This document shows, in pieces, positions 9,805 through 19,782 of a stretch of DNA of 64,000 nucleotides. A program made the position numbers and the translations under genes. Source of the stretch: Bacteroidales bacterium. GTDB taxonomy: Bacteria; Bacteroidota; Bacteroidia; Bacteroidales; Marinilabiliaceae. The first letter of the stretch is position 1, and each line of letters starts with the position of its first letter. The stretch covers positions 341 to 64,340 of the forward strand of contig SUWW01000004.1 in assembly GCA_015061285.1 (NCBI GenBank), written 5' to 3'. The notes under the pieces were generated by a model. The model was not told the DNA's origin. It ran no database searches and saw only the letters and a list, made by a program, of their open reading frames with translations.

Positions 9805-12800
9805 TTAGAAAGTAACACTTACACCAAGAACAAACTTTCTCATGTTAGGATATGCAGCATCGTCGATACCCGGAGCATTGTACTTAGAGGTAACAGTTTC
9901 AGGGTCGAGACCAGGATACTTTGTGAATGTAAAGAAGTCATCGAGTGAAAGATATGCACGTACATTCTGCATGAAGGCTTTCTTTACGATGTTAGTTGGC
10001 AAAGTGTAGCCAAGTTGAATTTGTTTGATCTTGAAGTATGAGCCATCGTAAACAGCAGCGTCAGAAGTCCAAAATGTTGAGCTACCTGCTACTTTCTCCA
10101 ATGGAGGCATCTTGCCAGATTTGAAGTCGTCATATACACCCTTTGCAATGTTGTGGTAACCTGAGTGATACATGCCATAGTAAATATCGTTACCAGCGGC
10201 GCCAGTACCAAAGATAGAGAGGTCGATGCCTTTATACTCAGCTGTAAGAGTGATACCATAGGTTACGTCGGGAATACCATTACCTATGTTGGTCATATCC
10301 TCTGCTTGAGGATCCCAAGTCTCTTTGCCATCCTTGCCCATATACAATGGAACATCGTCGCCTTTATCGTTTTTACCCATGCCTAAATATTTGTAACCAC
10401 GCATATACCAAAGAGGTTCGCCCTCTTCAAAATAGCATGTCATCTTACATTCGTTGGCACCTGAGATATTACCACCTGCAATACGTTGGATAGACGGGTC
10501 GAGGTAAGTTACTTTGTTCTTGAGAGTTGCCAAGTTGCCAGTTACGCTATATCTAACATCGCCGATGTTATCCTTCCAAGAGATTTCCAACTCAAAACCT
10601 TTGTTCTCAACTTCGCCAGCATTGATAGTCATCTTGCTAACACCTGATTCGGGCATAGGAGTGATAGGAACAAGAAGGTCTTTGGTGGTCTTCTTGTACC
10701 AGTCGAGACCGAGAGAGAGTCGATCGCTCAAGAAGCGCATATCGAAACCGAAGTCGATTTGCTCAGAGGTTTCCCAAGTGAGGTTTGGATTAGCTACTTT
10801 GTCTTCGGGCATTGAACCATAGTAAACCTTGCTGGTTTCGTCCATATTATAGAATACGCCGTTGGTGTTGATGCCTGCGCTATAAGGATAGTCCGAGAGA
10901 ACGTTTACGTTACCGTTTTGACCCCAAGAGAAGCGAACCTTGCCGAACGACATGATGCTTTCGTTAACGTTTTCCTTGAAGAACGATTCGTTAGAGAATG
11001 TCCAGCCTAAAGATGCTGAGAAGAACTTACCCCAACGGTTGTCGGCAGAGAGCTTTGATGAGTCGAATGCATCTGCACGGAAGTTGGTTTGTACGCTATA
11101 GCGATTGTCGAAACTATAGACGAGACGACCGAAGTAAGAGATAGCGCGAGTTGTGTTAGGCACGCCACCTACAAGTTTTGTGGTAGACTCTGCAGCGTTA
11201 ACACTGTTGAGGAAGATAAAGTTAGATGTGTAACCCTTGAGAGGGTCAGGACCAGAAGCGTTAGCGTTCACACCATTGCTATTAGATATGCGGAACGACA
11301 TACCTGCCATTGCATTTACATCGTGCTTTTCAGCAAATGTCTGGTTGAAGTTGAGGAAGTTTTCCCACTGATACCAGAGCGAGTTGTTGCTTTCGCCAGT
11401 GATTTTGTAGTTTTCACTCTTGGTCTGTCCGTTGAGGTAGTATGGGAATTCATAATCGCTTACATTGTTGTAAGAGATACGATAACCAAGGCGAGATGTA
11501 AATACAAGTTGCTTGATAGGGTTGATATTTACAAAGGCAGTCCCTTGTACGTTTACTCCATCATCTTTGCGTTGTGCGCGATCTCTCTGAGAGAATGGGT
11601 TACCACCAGAAAGACGAGTGTTGAAGTATGATGTTGCATAGTAGCCATTGTCATCACCGAAGAGAGTATATTTAGCTGCTGCGGTACCTGCTTCTAATGC
11701 ATCATACACAACCTTGAATTCATCGAGGTATTGTTTTGAGTCCGTCCAATAAACTGGTGTTAATGGATCGATGAGGAGAAGCATTTCGAGAGCAGTACCA
11801 TAACCATTTTCAGATATGCCTTTTGTTCTCCATTTTTCGATAGAGGTATTGGTACCTATCTGGAGCCAATCCTTAATCTTGTAGTCGGCGTTGATTTGAG
11901 CTGTAAGACGTTCGTATACATCTTTACCACCCTTCACGATACCATTTTGGTCAACGTAGCTGATACTTGCGAAATATGAGCCACGGTCGTTGCCACCTTG
12001 GAATGTAAGAGTATGCTGCTTAGCCCAAGTGTTTTCGAAGAACTCATCCAGCCAATCGGTATCCGTATTAGGATCCCAGCCATACTTGCTCTCTGCATCT
12101 GACATATCAGACGACACTTTGTCTGCACCAAGTTTCATCGACATCCAATCTTTGAACTCTGATGCGTTGAGCACTTTAGGAACATTGCCAAGAGATTGGA
12201 GTGTGAACTTGCCATCGTAAGTAATAGTGCCTTTCCCTTTTTGACCGGACTTGGTAGTAATAAGTACAACACCATTACCTGCTTCAGCACCATAGATAGC
12301 AGCCGAAGCAGCGTCCTTCAATACTTCCATAGATTCAATCATAGATGGATCGAGGTATTGGATGCTACTTACTTGTAAACCATCTACAATCAAGAGTGGC
12401 CCGATTTTGTCGGAGTTCGATGCATAACCACGTACGCGGATAGATGCACCTTGACCAGGTTTACCAGAACTATTCAAAACTTGTACACCTGCAGCCTTAC
12501 CTTGAATTGCGGCAGCAGCATCCGTTGTAGACCTATTCTTAAGGTCTTTTGCTCCTACTGATGCTACAGCACCAGTGAGGTCGCTCTTGCGTTGCGTACC
12601 ATAACCAACGACTACAACGTCCTCAAGTTGTTTTGAATCTTCTACAAGATTAATTTTTACAGGGTCATTGCCTTCAACTTTTACAGTTTGGGTAATGTAA
12701 CCCATGTAAGATACTGTAAGCAATGCGTCTCTTGCGATGGAAATGCTAAAATTTCCGTCCGCATCAGTGACTGTGCCATTCGTGGTTCCCTTTTCAATAA

Positions 12801-12930
12801 TGGATACACCAATCAGAGGCTCACCATCTGAATCTGAGAGCACTTGACCCTTGACATTTTGCGTTTGTCCAAATGCCATCGATGTGGCAAAAAGACAGAG
12901 CGTCAACAAAAGCATGAGTTTTGTCTTCAT
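9805..12930 (-). CDS. SusC/RagA-family TonB-dependent outer-membrane transporter
   Basis: Signal peptide MKTKLMLLLTLCLFATSMAFGQ, carboxypeptidase-regulatory-like N-domain (GQVLSDSDGEPLIGVSI), plug, C-terminal barrel ending in F. ATG at 12930 preferred over 13002. Confidence 0.9.
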   Translation of the reverse strand: MKTKLMLLLTLCLFATSMAFGQTQNVKGQVLSDSDGEPLIGVSIIEKGTTNGTVTDADGNFSISIARDALLTVSYMGYITQTVKVEGNDPVKINLVEDSKQLEDVVVVGYGTQRKSDLTGAVASVGAKDLKNRSTTDAAAAIQGKAAGVQVLNSSGKPGQGASIRVRGYASNSDKIGPLLIVDGLQVSSIQYLDPSMIESMEVLKDAASAAIYGAEAGNGVVLITTKSGQKGKGTITYDGKFTLQSLGNVPKVLNASEFKDWMSMKLGADKVSSDMSDAESKYGWDPNTDTDWLDEFFENTWAKQHTLTFQGGNDRGSYFASISYVDQNGIVKGGKDVYERLTAQINADYKIKDWLQIGTNTSIEKWRTKGISENGYGTALEMLLLIDPLTPVYWTDSKQYLDEFKVVYDALEAGTAAAKYTLFGDDNGYYATSYFNTRLSGGNPFSQRDRAQRKDDGVNVQGTAFVNINPIKQLVFTSRLGYRISYNNVSDYEFPYYLNGQTKSENYKITGESNNSLWYQWENFLNFNQTFAEKHDVNAMAGMSFRISNSNGVNANASGPDPLKGYTSNFIFLNSVNAAESTTKLVGGVPNTTRAISYFGRLVYSFDNRYSVQTNFRADAFDSSKLSADNRWGKFFSASLGWTFSNESFFKENVNESIMSFGKVRFSWGQNGNVNVLSDYPYSAGINTNGVFYNMDETSKVYYGSMPEDKVANPNLTWETSEQIDFGFDMRFLSDRLSLGLDWYKKTTKDLLVPITPMPESGVSKMTINAGEVENKGFELEISWKDNIGDVRYSVTGNLATLKNKVTYLDPSIQRIAGGNISGANECKMTCYFEEGEPLWYMRGYKYLGMGKNDKGDDVPLYMGKDGKETWDPQAEDMTNIGNGIPDVTYGITLTAEYKGIDLSIFGTGAAGNDIYYGMYHSGYHNIAKGVYDDFKSGKMPPLEKVAGSSTFWTSDAAVYDGSYFKIKQIQLGYTLPTNIVKKAFMQNVRAYLSLDDFFTFTKYPGLDPETVTSKYNAPGIDDAAYPNMRKFVLGVSVTF

Positions 12931-13277
12931 AAATTTTAGATTTGTAATAATTAATAAAGGTTGTTTCTCGGAAAACAATTTGTAGGTGTTTTCTGCTCGC
13001 AAAGTAGTTAAACAAAAATTAATACTTATTACTGTGTTGTTGCATATTTTTTCATTTTTGTTACATCATATTGGGGAAGTGTTGCCGATTTGAAACTACT
13101 CTTGTGTTTGTGTTTTGTTGCTCGTTAAGTGCCTAATAAATATGTATTTGCATTAGTGCTGTTGGCGGTTTTACATGCGTTGTAAGCATTTTTTTTTGTT
13201 TTTATGTATCGTGTAACATATAGCAAAGTGGGTTGTTAAATGTTAAATATATCTAATTATGGGCAATGGTTTTAGTG

Positions 13278-14168
13278 CTATTTAGAAGCCGAATTTTTTC
13301 TCCATTGTTTAGGCGACATACCCAAAAAATGAGAGAAGAGTCGCGAGAAGTAATAAGCATCTTCGAAGCCAATTTTGAATGAAATTTGGTTGATTTTCAT
13401 GTCGGTGGAAGCAAGTAGTTCTTTAGCAAGCTCTATTTTCAAGCGATTGTAGTGTGCAATGGGGCTTTCGCCCACTTGTGAGAGAAAAAGATGCGAAAAG
13501 TGTGAATCAGAGAGACCTACGTATGTAGCAATGTCGTGTAGAGAAAGCCTTTTTTCGATGTTTTCGCTCATATAATGCTTGGCGGCGGCAATAATGTTGT
13601 TGCCGTTTGTCTCGTTATCGCGTGCTTGCCGAAATTGGTTGACGTAGCGCAAAGTGCCAAGGTAATAATGAAATAGGCACGATGCGTAGTGTAGTTGCTG
13701 AGCGCTGTTGCCTTGATGTAGGGTTTGAAAAATCTCTTCGAATATGTGAGTGCGTGTGCTGATGCGCGAATCTATCTCGGGCCGAATATCTTGTGGCATC
13801 TGCATTTTGTCGGCGTAGTATGGCGCGAGTGATCCACCAAAGTGAATCCAGTAGATTGTCCATGGGTGGTTGGCATCTGCTGCGTATGTGTGAGGACGAT
13901 TGGCTGGTAGTATAAAATATTGATTCTCATGCACATGATACTCTTTGCCATCTATCCAATATATTCCAGCTCCTTCCACGCAATAGATGAAAACATATTG
14001 CGGAATTCCTTGGCGGCGTTCTACGTAATGTCCATCGGCAATAGGATAGTAGCCAATGTCGGTAATATGCAGAGCCGAAAGAAGTGCATCGGCTGAATAG
14101 CTATCTATTATGTATGGCGCTAATACAATGTCGCGCGAACCAGAAAAACCTTGTTTTATACGTACCAT
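13278..14168 (-). CDS. AraC-family transcriptional regulator (cupin sensor plus HTH_18)
   Basis: C-terminal AraC HTH (LSLHDIATYVGLSDSHFSHLF, FEDAYYFSRLF). Start moved to MVRIKQG at 14168 because the longer ORF reads through an intergenic repeat. Confidence 0.8.
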   Translation of the reverse strand: MVRIKQGFSGSRDIVLAPYIIDSYSADALLSALHITDIGYYPIADGHYVERRQGIPQYVFIYCVEGAGIYWIDGKEYHVHENQYFILPANRPHTYAADANHPWTIYWIHFGGSLAPYYADKMQMPQDIRPEIDSRISTRTHIFEEIFQTLHQGNSAQQLHYASCLFHYYLGTLRYVNQFRQARDNETNGNNIIAAAKHYMSENIEKRLSLHDIATYVGLSDSHFSHLFLSQVGESPIAHYNRLKIELAKELLASTDMKINQISFKIGFEDAYYFSRLFSHFLGMSPKQWRKNSASK

Positions 14169-14231
14169 ATTAATTACGAATTCCAAATTCCGACTTACGA
14201 TATTGAGAACGCAGATTCTACAAGTCGTATT

Positions 14232-14294
14232 GTCATTCTGAGCGTAGCGAAGAATCCCATAAACACGGAGATCCTTCGCTACACTTAGGATGAT
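14232..14294. repeat. imperfect palindromic intergenic repeat (Bacteroidales REP-like element)
   Basis: Arms GTCATTCTGAGCGTAGCGAAGAATC and GATCCTTCGCTACACTTAGGATGAT are reverse-complementary apart from transition mismatches. Sits in the divergent AraC/MFS spacer. Confidence 0.5.
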
Positions 14295-14403
14295 ACAAAA
14301 CACAAAGAAAAGCAAGATAATCCATCTTTTTGTACGTTTTTTCCATTTTCGATGTAGTAAAAATGCGCTGCCTTTGCGTTGCAAAAAGCTTATATATACC
14401 ATA

Positions 14404-15669
14404 ATGAAAGAATCATTTCTCTACTTCATTTGCTGCGTCAGTGCTATGGGTGGATTGCTCTTTGGCTACGACTGGGTAGTCATTGGCGGAGCAAAGCCAT
14501 TCTACGAGATCTACTTCGACATTCAAGCAAGTCCAATGTTGCAAGGTTTAGCCATGAGCATAGCGCTCGTTGGTTGTCTGATTGGTGCGATGGTGGCTGG
14601 TGCATTGGCCGATCGCTTCGGACGTAAACCGCTTCTCATCATAGCTGCGACGTTGTTTCTTACCTCTGCTGTAGGTACTGGATTATTTAGCGACTTCGTG
14701 TGGTTCAATGTGGCGCGTTTGTGGGGTGGCATTGGTATTGGTGTGGCATCGGCGCTTTCGCCTATGTATATAGCAGAAGTGTCGCCTAAAGAAATTCGTG
14801 GTAAACTGGTGTCTATTAACCAAATGGCTATAGTGTTGGGCATACTCGGCGCACAGATTTGCAACTATCTTTTGGCCGAAGAATCGGTGCAAGTACATAT
14901 AGATAGTTGGAACGCGCAGATGGGGTGGCGCTGGATGTTTTGGGCCGAAGCGGTGCCAGCAGGAATATTCCTCGCTTTGGCATTCTTTATACCCGAATCG
15001 CCTGTTTATCTGCGACTAAAGAGCGAAAACATATCAGAGCATAGCGATGAGGTTGGCTTGAAAGAGCTATTCGGCAATGTGCGTTATCGTGGCATACTTA
15101 TTTTAGGTATAGTGATAGCCGTATTCCAGCAGTGGTGCGGCACAAACGTCATTTTCAACTATGCCGAAGAGATTTTCAAAGGAGCTGGCTACGATGTGAA
15201 TGGCATGTTCATAAATATTGTAGTTACGGGCATAGCCAATGTGATTTTTACCATCGTGGCTATGGCTACAGTCGAGCGCCTTGGCCGTCGCACTCTGATG
15301 CTCATTGGTTCGCTTGGGTTGGGTGTAATATACTTAATATTAGGTACTTGCTATTTCGCCGAATGCACGGGCATAGGTATGGTATGCCTCGTGGTGGCAG
15401 CCATCTCGTGCTACGCCATGACGCTCGGACCTATCACCTGGGTTCTATTGGCCGAAATATTCCCTAATCGGGTGCGAGGCATAGCTATGGCAACTTGCAC
15501 TTTCGCATTGTGGGTTGGCTCTTGCACACTGACGTTCTGTTTTCCGCCAATGAATGCGGCTCTCGGTACTTATGGCTCGTTTTGGATTTATAGCGCCATC
15601 TGTTTTGCAGGCTTCACATTCTTCTGGAAACGTTGTCCGGAGACAAAAGGCACAGCGCTGAGTGAATAA
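14404..15669 (+). CDS. MFS sugar porter (sugar:H+ symporter family)
   Basis: GGLLFGYDWVVIGGA, DRFGRKP, PMYIAEVSPKEIRG, PETKG motifs. 12-TM layout. ATG at 14404. Confidence 0.85.
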   Translation: MKESFLYFICCVSAMGGLLFGYDWVVIGGAKPFYEIYFDIQASPMLQGLAMSIALVGCLIGAMVAGALADRFGRKPLLIIAATLFLTSAVGTGLFSDFVWFNVARLWGGIGIGVASALSPMYIAEVSPKEIRGKLVSINQMAIVLGILGAQICNYLLAEESVQVHIDSWNAQMGWRWMFWAEAVPAGIFLALAFFIPESPVYLRLKSENISEHSDEVGLKELFGNVRYRGILILGIVIAVFQQWCGTNVIFNYAEEIFKGAGYDVNGMFINIVVTGIANVIFTIVAMATVERLGRRTLMLIGSLGLGVIYLILGTCYFAECTGIGMVCLVVAAISCYAMTLGPITWVLLAEIFPNRVRGIAMATCTFALWVGSCTLTFCFPPMNAALGTYGSFWIYSAICFAGFTFFWKRCPETKGTALSE

Positions 15670-15688
15670 TTACGTAGCTATCACATCG

Positions 15689-15831
15689 CACAGATGACAC
15701 AGATAAAACAGATTTTATATCACCAAATTGAACGAATGTCATACATATACATTTCGTTTATTTCGTTCAATTCGGTGATGTTCCCATATACAAATGATCT
15801 GCTGGAATCTGTTCAATATGCGTCATCTGTG
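15689..15831. repeat. nested inverted repeats in the MFS/DUF5107 spacer
   Basis: Outer arms 15689-15714 and 15806-15831. Inner 18-bp arms 15719-15736 and 15762-15779 have one mismatch. A further small hairpin sits in the loop. Confidence 0.6.
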
Positions 15832-15872
15832 TGCTTATTTATGCATAAACTAACAATATATACAACATAATT

Positions 15873-18800
15873 ATGGTCAAAGCATGGCACGAAGATGTGG
15901 TCATTCCTACCTACGAGGTGGGCAAGCCTGAAAAGAATCCCATCTTCCTCGAAAAACGCGTATATCAAGGCTCGTCGGGTGTGGTATATCCATACCCAGT
16001 CATTGAGAGCATCTCTGACGAGAAGACCGATGTTACATATCACGCCATTTATCTCGAAAATGAATACATAAAAGTGATGATTCTGCCCGAACTTGGCGGC
16101 CGCGTGCAGATGGCCTACGACAAGATTCGCAAGCGTCATTTCATATACTACAACCAAGTTATCAAGCCAGCACTTGTGGGATTGGCTGGTCCGTGGATTT
16201 CGGGCGGTATCGAGTTTAATTGGCCTCAGCACCATCGCCCGAGCACATATTCGCCCGTAGATAGCACCATAGAAGAGAATGCCGATGGCAGCGTTACGGT
16301 GTGGGTGAACGAGCGCGAAAAGATGTTCCACCAGCAAGGTCAGGCAGGCTTCACGTTGCGCCCAGGTCATGCCTATCTGGAGATTCAAGGTCGACTCTAC
16401 AACCCCACCGAGATGCCTCAGACATTCCTATGGTGGGCTAATCCCGCCGTGGAGGTCAACGATGAATATCAGAGTGTCTTCCCGCCCGACGTGAACGCGG
16501 TTTTCGACCACGGCAAACGCGCCGTATCATCGTTTCCAATAGCTACTGGCACATACTACAAGATGGACTATAGTGCTGGCGTGGATATTTCTAACTATCG
16601 CAACATTTTTGTGCCTACGTCATACATGATAGCCAAATCGAAATACAACTTCGAAGGTGGCTACGAGAACGACACTAAGGCTGGTATGCTGCATGTGGCC
16701 GACCACCATTTCTCACCAGGCAAAAAACAATGGACTTGGGGTAATGGCGATTTCGGTCGTGCATGGGATCGCAACCTTACCGACCCTGTAGAAGATGGCG
16801 ATTTGCCTGCTGGCGTGCCTGCGTTGGATAGCGAAAAGAAGATGAACCCGCACCGCCCATACATAGAACTTATGGCCGGCGTTTACACCGAAAATCAACC
16901 CGACTTTACTTGGCTAATGCCTTACGAGGAGAAGCGTTTCGTGCAGTATTTCCTGCCTTACCGCGAACTTGGATTGGTCAAGAATGCCAATAAGGATTTG
17001 TTGCTCAATATTGAACCTGCCGACAATGCACAAGCTGTGCTCAAGGTGTTTGCCACATCGCGCCAAGAGATTCGCATTGAGGTGAATGATAACAACGGAA
17101 TTGTGGCGTTCAATGAGAGTGTAACTATCTCTCCAGAAGAGGTTTACATACATACGCTCTCGAATATTGATGCAACAAAGGCGAGCGTACATATTTATAA
17201 AAATGGTCGCGCTGTGCTTGAATACGTACCCGAAACCGATGATATCAAAACAATACCAGACGCTGCCGAAGCTGCATTGTCGCCGCAAGAGACCAAGACC
17301 AACGAACAGCTTTATCTCACTGGCTTACATCTCGAACAATATCGTCATGCTACGTGGTGCGCGCTCGATTACTACGAGGAGGCTCTGCGCCGCGACCCGA
17401 TGGATGTTCGCTGCAACAATGCCATCGGTCTATGGTACATACGCCGTGGACGATTCGACAAAGCCGAGCCATACCTACGCACTGCTGTGAAAGTGCTGCA
17501 AAAACGCAATCTCAACCCCTACGATGGCGAACCTATATACAACCTCGGTCTGTGCCTGAAATACCGCAGCGGTTGGAATCTCGGCACTCAGCTCGACGAG
17601 GCTTACGACTATTTATATAAAAGTACATGGAACCGCGCTTGGCAAGATACTGGCTACATGGCGTGCGCCCAGATCTCGTGCATGCGTGGCGACTTCGATG
17701 AGGCTCTGCGCAACGTTGACCAAGCTCTCATTGCAGGTTGGCACAACCATAAGGCACGCGCGCTAAAGGTTGCCATAATGCAGCGCTTGAACATGTCGTT
17801 CGATGCATTTGCAGCCGAATCATTGGCCATAAATCCGTTTAATTATGGAATTATGTGGGCGCAAGGTCGCACAGATGAGATGACAAAGTTGATGCGCAAC
17901 GAAGCCAACAACTACGATGAAACGGCTCTCGACTTCTGTGCTGCCGGCCTTTGGAACGACGCAATTGGTATTTGGCAATTGGCTATAAACAATGATGCTA
18001 CTACGCCTCTCACTCGCTATTACCTCGCATGGGCAATGGCGCATAGCGATGCATACGCCAACGAGGTTACAAATATGCTCAATGATGCTGCCAAAATATC
18101 ACCTGATTATTGCTTCCCAAATCGTCTGGAGGCTATCCTTGCTCTTCAGTTTGCCATAGATAATAATGCTAATGATGCCCACCCGCATTACTTCCTTGGC
18201 AATCTCTATTACGACAAACGCCAATACGATGTAGCGCAGACGCAGTGGGAGATAGCGCGCAACCTCGAACCTACCTTTCCAACCGTCTGGCGCAACCTGG
18301 CGCTCGTCTATGCCAATAAGCGAGATGACCTCGGCCGCGCCCTCGAATGTATGGAACGCGCTTACTCACTCGACACCACAGATAGCCGCGTGCTGATGGA
18401 ACTCGACCAGCTGTACAAGCGTATGCAACGCCCGCACGACTTCCGCCTACAAAAGTTACAAGCCCACCCCGAGTGCATTGCTCAGCGCGACGACTTGGTG
18501 CTCGAAGAGGTTACGCTGCTCAACCAACTTGGTCGCCACGAAGAGGCGAAGACCAAGATTGATGCTCACACATTCCATCCGTGGGAAGGCGGCGAAGGTA
18601 AGGTCTCGGGGCAATATCAGATTTGTCGTCTGGAGATTGCCAAACGTATCATTAGCAATGAAAAAGCTACCACCGCAGAACTTGAAAATGCCATCGCGTT
18701 GCTGAGAGAGTGTCTCTCATTCCCCGCGCAACTCGGCGAAGGCAAACTCTACGGCGCGCAGGACAACGATTTCTACTATTTCTTGGGCTTGGCATATCGC

Positions 18801-19244
18801 CGTCTAACTGCCTCGACAAACGATATGGATAAGTATGAGACGTTGGCCAACGACAGTTTCCGCCTCGGCACCAATGGTCCGACGGAGCCCGCCGCAGCCA
18901 TGTACTACAACGATGCTAAGCCCGACAAGATTTTCTACGCCGGACTCTGCTACCGCGCTCTTGGCGACGAGAAATCGGCCTTGCGTCTATTCCACAAACT
19001 TGTGAACTACGGCGAGCAGCACATCTACGACCATATCACGATGGACTATTTTGCAGTCTCACTGCCCGACCTACTCGTGTGGGACGACAGCCTCGACCGC
19101 AAGAATCAAATTCATTGCAACTACATGCTTGCGCTTGGTCATTATGGCCTTGGCAGCCTAACAAAGAGTCAGCATTACAGCCACGAAGTCGAAGCGTTGG
19201 ACATCAACCACGCCGGCCTCGCTGCGCTGAAATCGCTGAAATAG
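15873..19244 (+). CDS. DUF5107-like N-terminal domain protein with C-terminal TPR repeats
   Basis: N-terminus (KAWHEDVVIPTYEVGKPEKNPIFLEKRVYQGSSGVVYPYP) matches my recollection of DUF5107. C-terminal two thirds are TPR-like helical repeats. Confidence 0.65.
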   Translation: MVKAWHEDVVIPTYEVGKPEKNPIFLEKRVYQGSSGVVYPYPVIESISDEKTDVTYHAIYLENEYIKVMILPELGGRVQMAYDKIRKRHFIYYNQVIKPALVGLAGPWISGGIEFNWPQHHRPSTYSPVDSTIEENADGSVTVWVNEREKMFHQQGQAGFTLRPGHAYLEIQGRLYNPTEMPQTFLWWANPAVEVNDEYQSVFPPDVNAVFDHGKRAVSSFPIATGTYYKMDYSAGVDISNYRNIFVPTSYMIAKSKYNFEGGYENDTKAGMLHVADHHFSPGKKQWTWGNGDFGRAWDRNLTDPVEDGDLPAGVPALDSEKKMNPHRPYIELMAGVYTENQPDFTWLMPYEEKRFVQYFLPYRELGLVKNANKDLLLNIEPADNAQAVLKVFATSRQEIRIEVNDNNGIVAFNESVTISPEEVYIHTLSNIDATKASVHIYKNGRAVLEYVPETDDIKTIPDAAEAALSPQETKTNEQLYLTGLHLEQYRHATWCALDYYEEALRRDPMDVRCNNAIGLWYIRRGRFDKAEPYLRTAVKVLQKRNLNPYDGEPIYNLGLCLKYRSGWNLGTQLDEAYDYLYKSTWNRAWQDTGYMACAQISCMRGDFDEALRNVDQALIAGWHNHKARALKVAIMQRLNMSFDAFAAESLAINPFNYGIMWAQGRTDEMTKLMRNEANNYDETALDFCAAGLWNDAIGIWQLAINNDATTPLTRYYLAWAMAHSDAYANEVTNMLNDAAKISPDYCFPNRLEAILALQFAIDNNANDAHPHYFLGNLYYDKRQYDVAQTQWEIARNLEPTFPTVWRNLALVYANKRDDLGRALECMERAYSLDTTDSRVLMELDQLYKRMQRPHDFRLQKLQAHPECIAQRDDLVLEEVTLLNQLGRHEEAKTKIDAHTFHPWEGGEGKVSGQYQICRLEIAKRIISNEKATTAELENAIALLRECLSFPAQLGEGKLYGAQDNDFYYFLGLAYRRLTASTNDMDKYETLANDSFRLGTNGPTEPAAAMYYNDAKPDKIFYAGLCYRALGDEKSALRLFHKLVNYGEQHIYDHITMDYFAVSLPDLLVWDDSLDRKNQIHCNYMLALGHYGLGSLTKSQHYSHEVEALDINHAGLAALKSLK

Positions 19245-19262
19245 ACACACTTTCTTTTTCAT

Positions 19263-19298
19263 CAACGGAGGTAAGTACGTATGTATTTATCTCCGTTG
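19263..19298 (+). terminator. hairpin after the DUF5107 gene
   Basis: 8-bp stem CAACGGAG/CTCCGTTG starting 19 nt after the stop codon. Weak T tract. Confidence 0.35.
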
Positions 19299-19320
19299 GT
19301 ATTTATATACTCCGAAAAAC

Positions 19321-19417
19321 AAAAAGTACAATTTCTACAAACGAAAAGTACAATTTTGGGGCGTGATGAATAGTTGACCAAAAGGACCGAAAACGGCAAA
19401 ACGAAAAGTACATTTTC
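19321..19417. repeat. three direct copies of ACGAAAAGTACA(A)TTTT at the left edge of the phage-like element
   Basis: Copies at 19321-19334, 19341-19357 and 19401-19417. Confidence 0.7.
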
Positions 19418-19430
19418 GGAGACACAAAGC

Positions 19431-19469
19431 GAGGGCGCACAGACATTCCTTTTTTGTCTATGCGCCCTC
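19431..19469. terminator. GC-rich hairpin downstream of the last minus-strand phage gene
   Basis: 15-bp stem GAGGGCGCACAGACA/TGTCTATGCGCCCTC with one mismatch and a T/A-rich loop. Confidence 0.5.
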
Positions 19470-19498
19470 GTAGTGTTGGCGATTTTGGTCCGTTGGGA

Positions 19499-19777
19499 TT
19501 ATTCCTCGAATGCCGCGCTGAAGTCCTCTATAGTGCCAATGTTGTGAGCATCATTGGACTCGTTGTGGGCGGCTATCATCGCTTCGACCTCTTCGCGCGT
19601 CACGCCCGTGCATCGCGCGAGAATCTCTTCAAGGTTCTCGATTGACGATGCTGGAATGGTGTCGTCTTTATGTATATAACTATCGAAGATGGCGGCAAAG
19701 TGATTCTCGGTAGGCTTACAGCCGTTTTTGAACCATTTCTTCAGTTGCTCGCGGGTGTATGTATTGTCGGTTGCCAT
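19499..19777 (-). CDS. hypothetical phage protein ending in a GTIEDFSAAFEE motif
   Basis: 92-aa ORF, 5 nt downstream of the preceding gene. C-terminal motif shared with two fibre-like proteins. Confidence 0.5.
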   Translation of the reverse strand: MATDNTYTREQLKKWFKNGCKPTENHFAAIFDSYIHKDDTIPASSIENLEEILARCTGVTREEVEAMIAAHNESNDAHNIGTIEDFSAAFEE

Positions 19778-19782
19778 AATTG

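Noticed and set aside
13278-14402. A 374-aa version of the AraC regulator with an 78-aa N-terminal extension.
   Set aside because: The extension reads through the palindromic intergenic repeat (VAKDLRVYGILRYAQNDN) and overlaps the divergent MFS start. The internal ATG at 14168 gives a normal-length AraC protein.
14290-14403. N-terminal extension of the MFS transporter ORF.
   Set aside because: The extension starts inside the intergenic repeat. The conserved MFS N-terminus begins at MKESFLYF (ATG 14404).
19245-19498. Search for a tRNA gene or att core at the element borders (also 48763-48876).
   Set aside because: No cloverleaf-like sequence was seen. I could not find a direct repeat shared by the two borders, so no att call is made.
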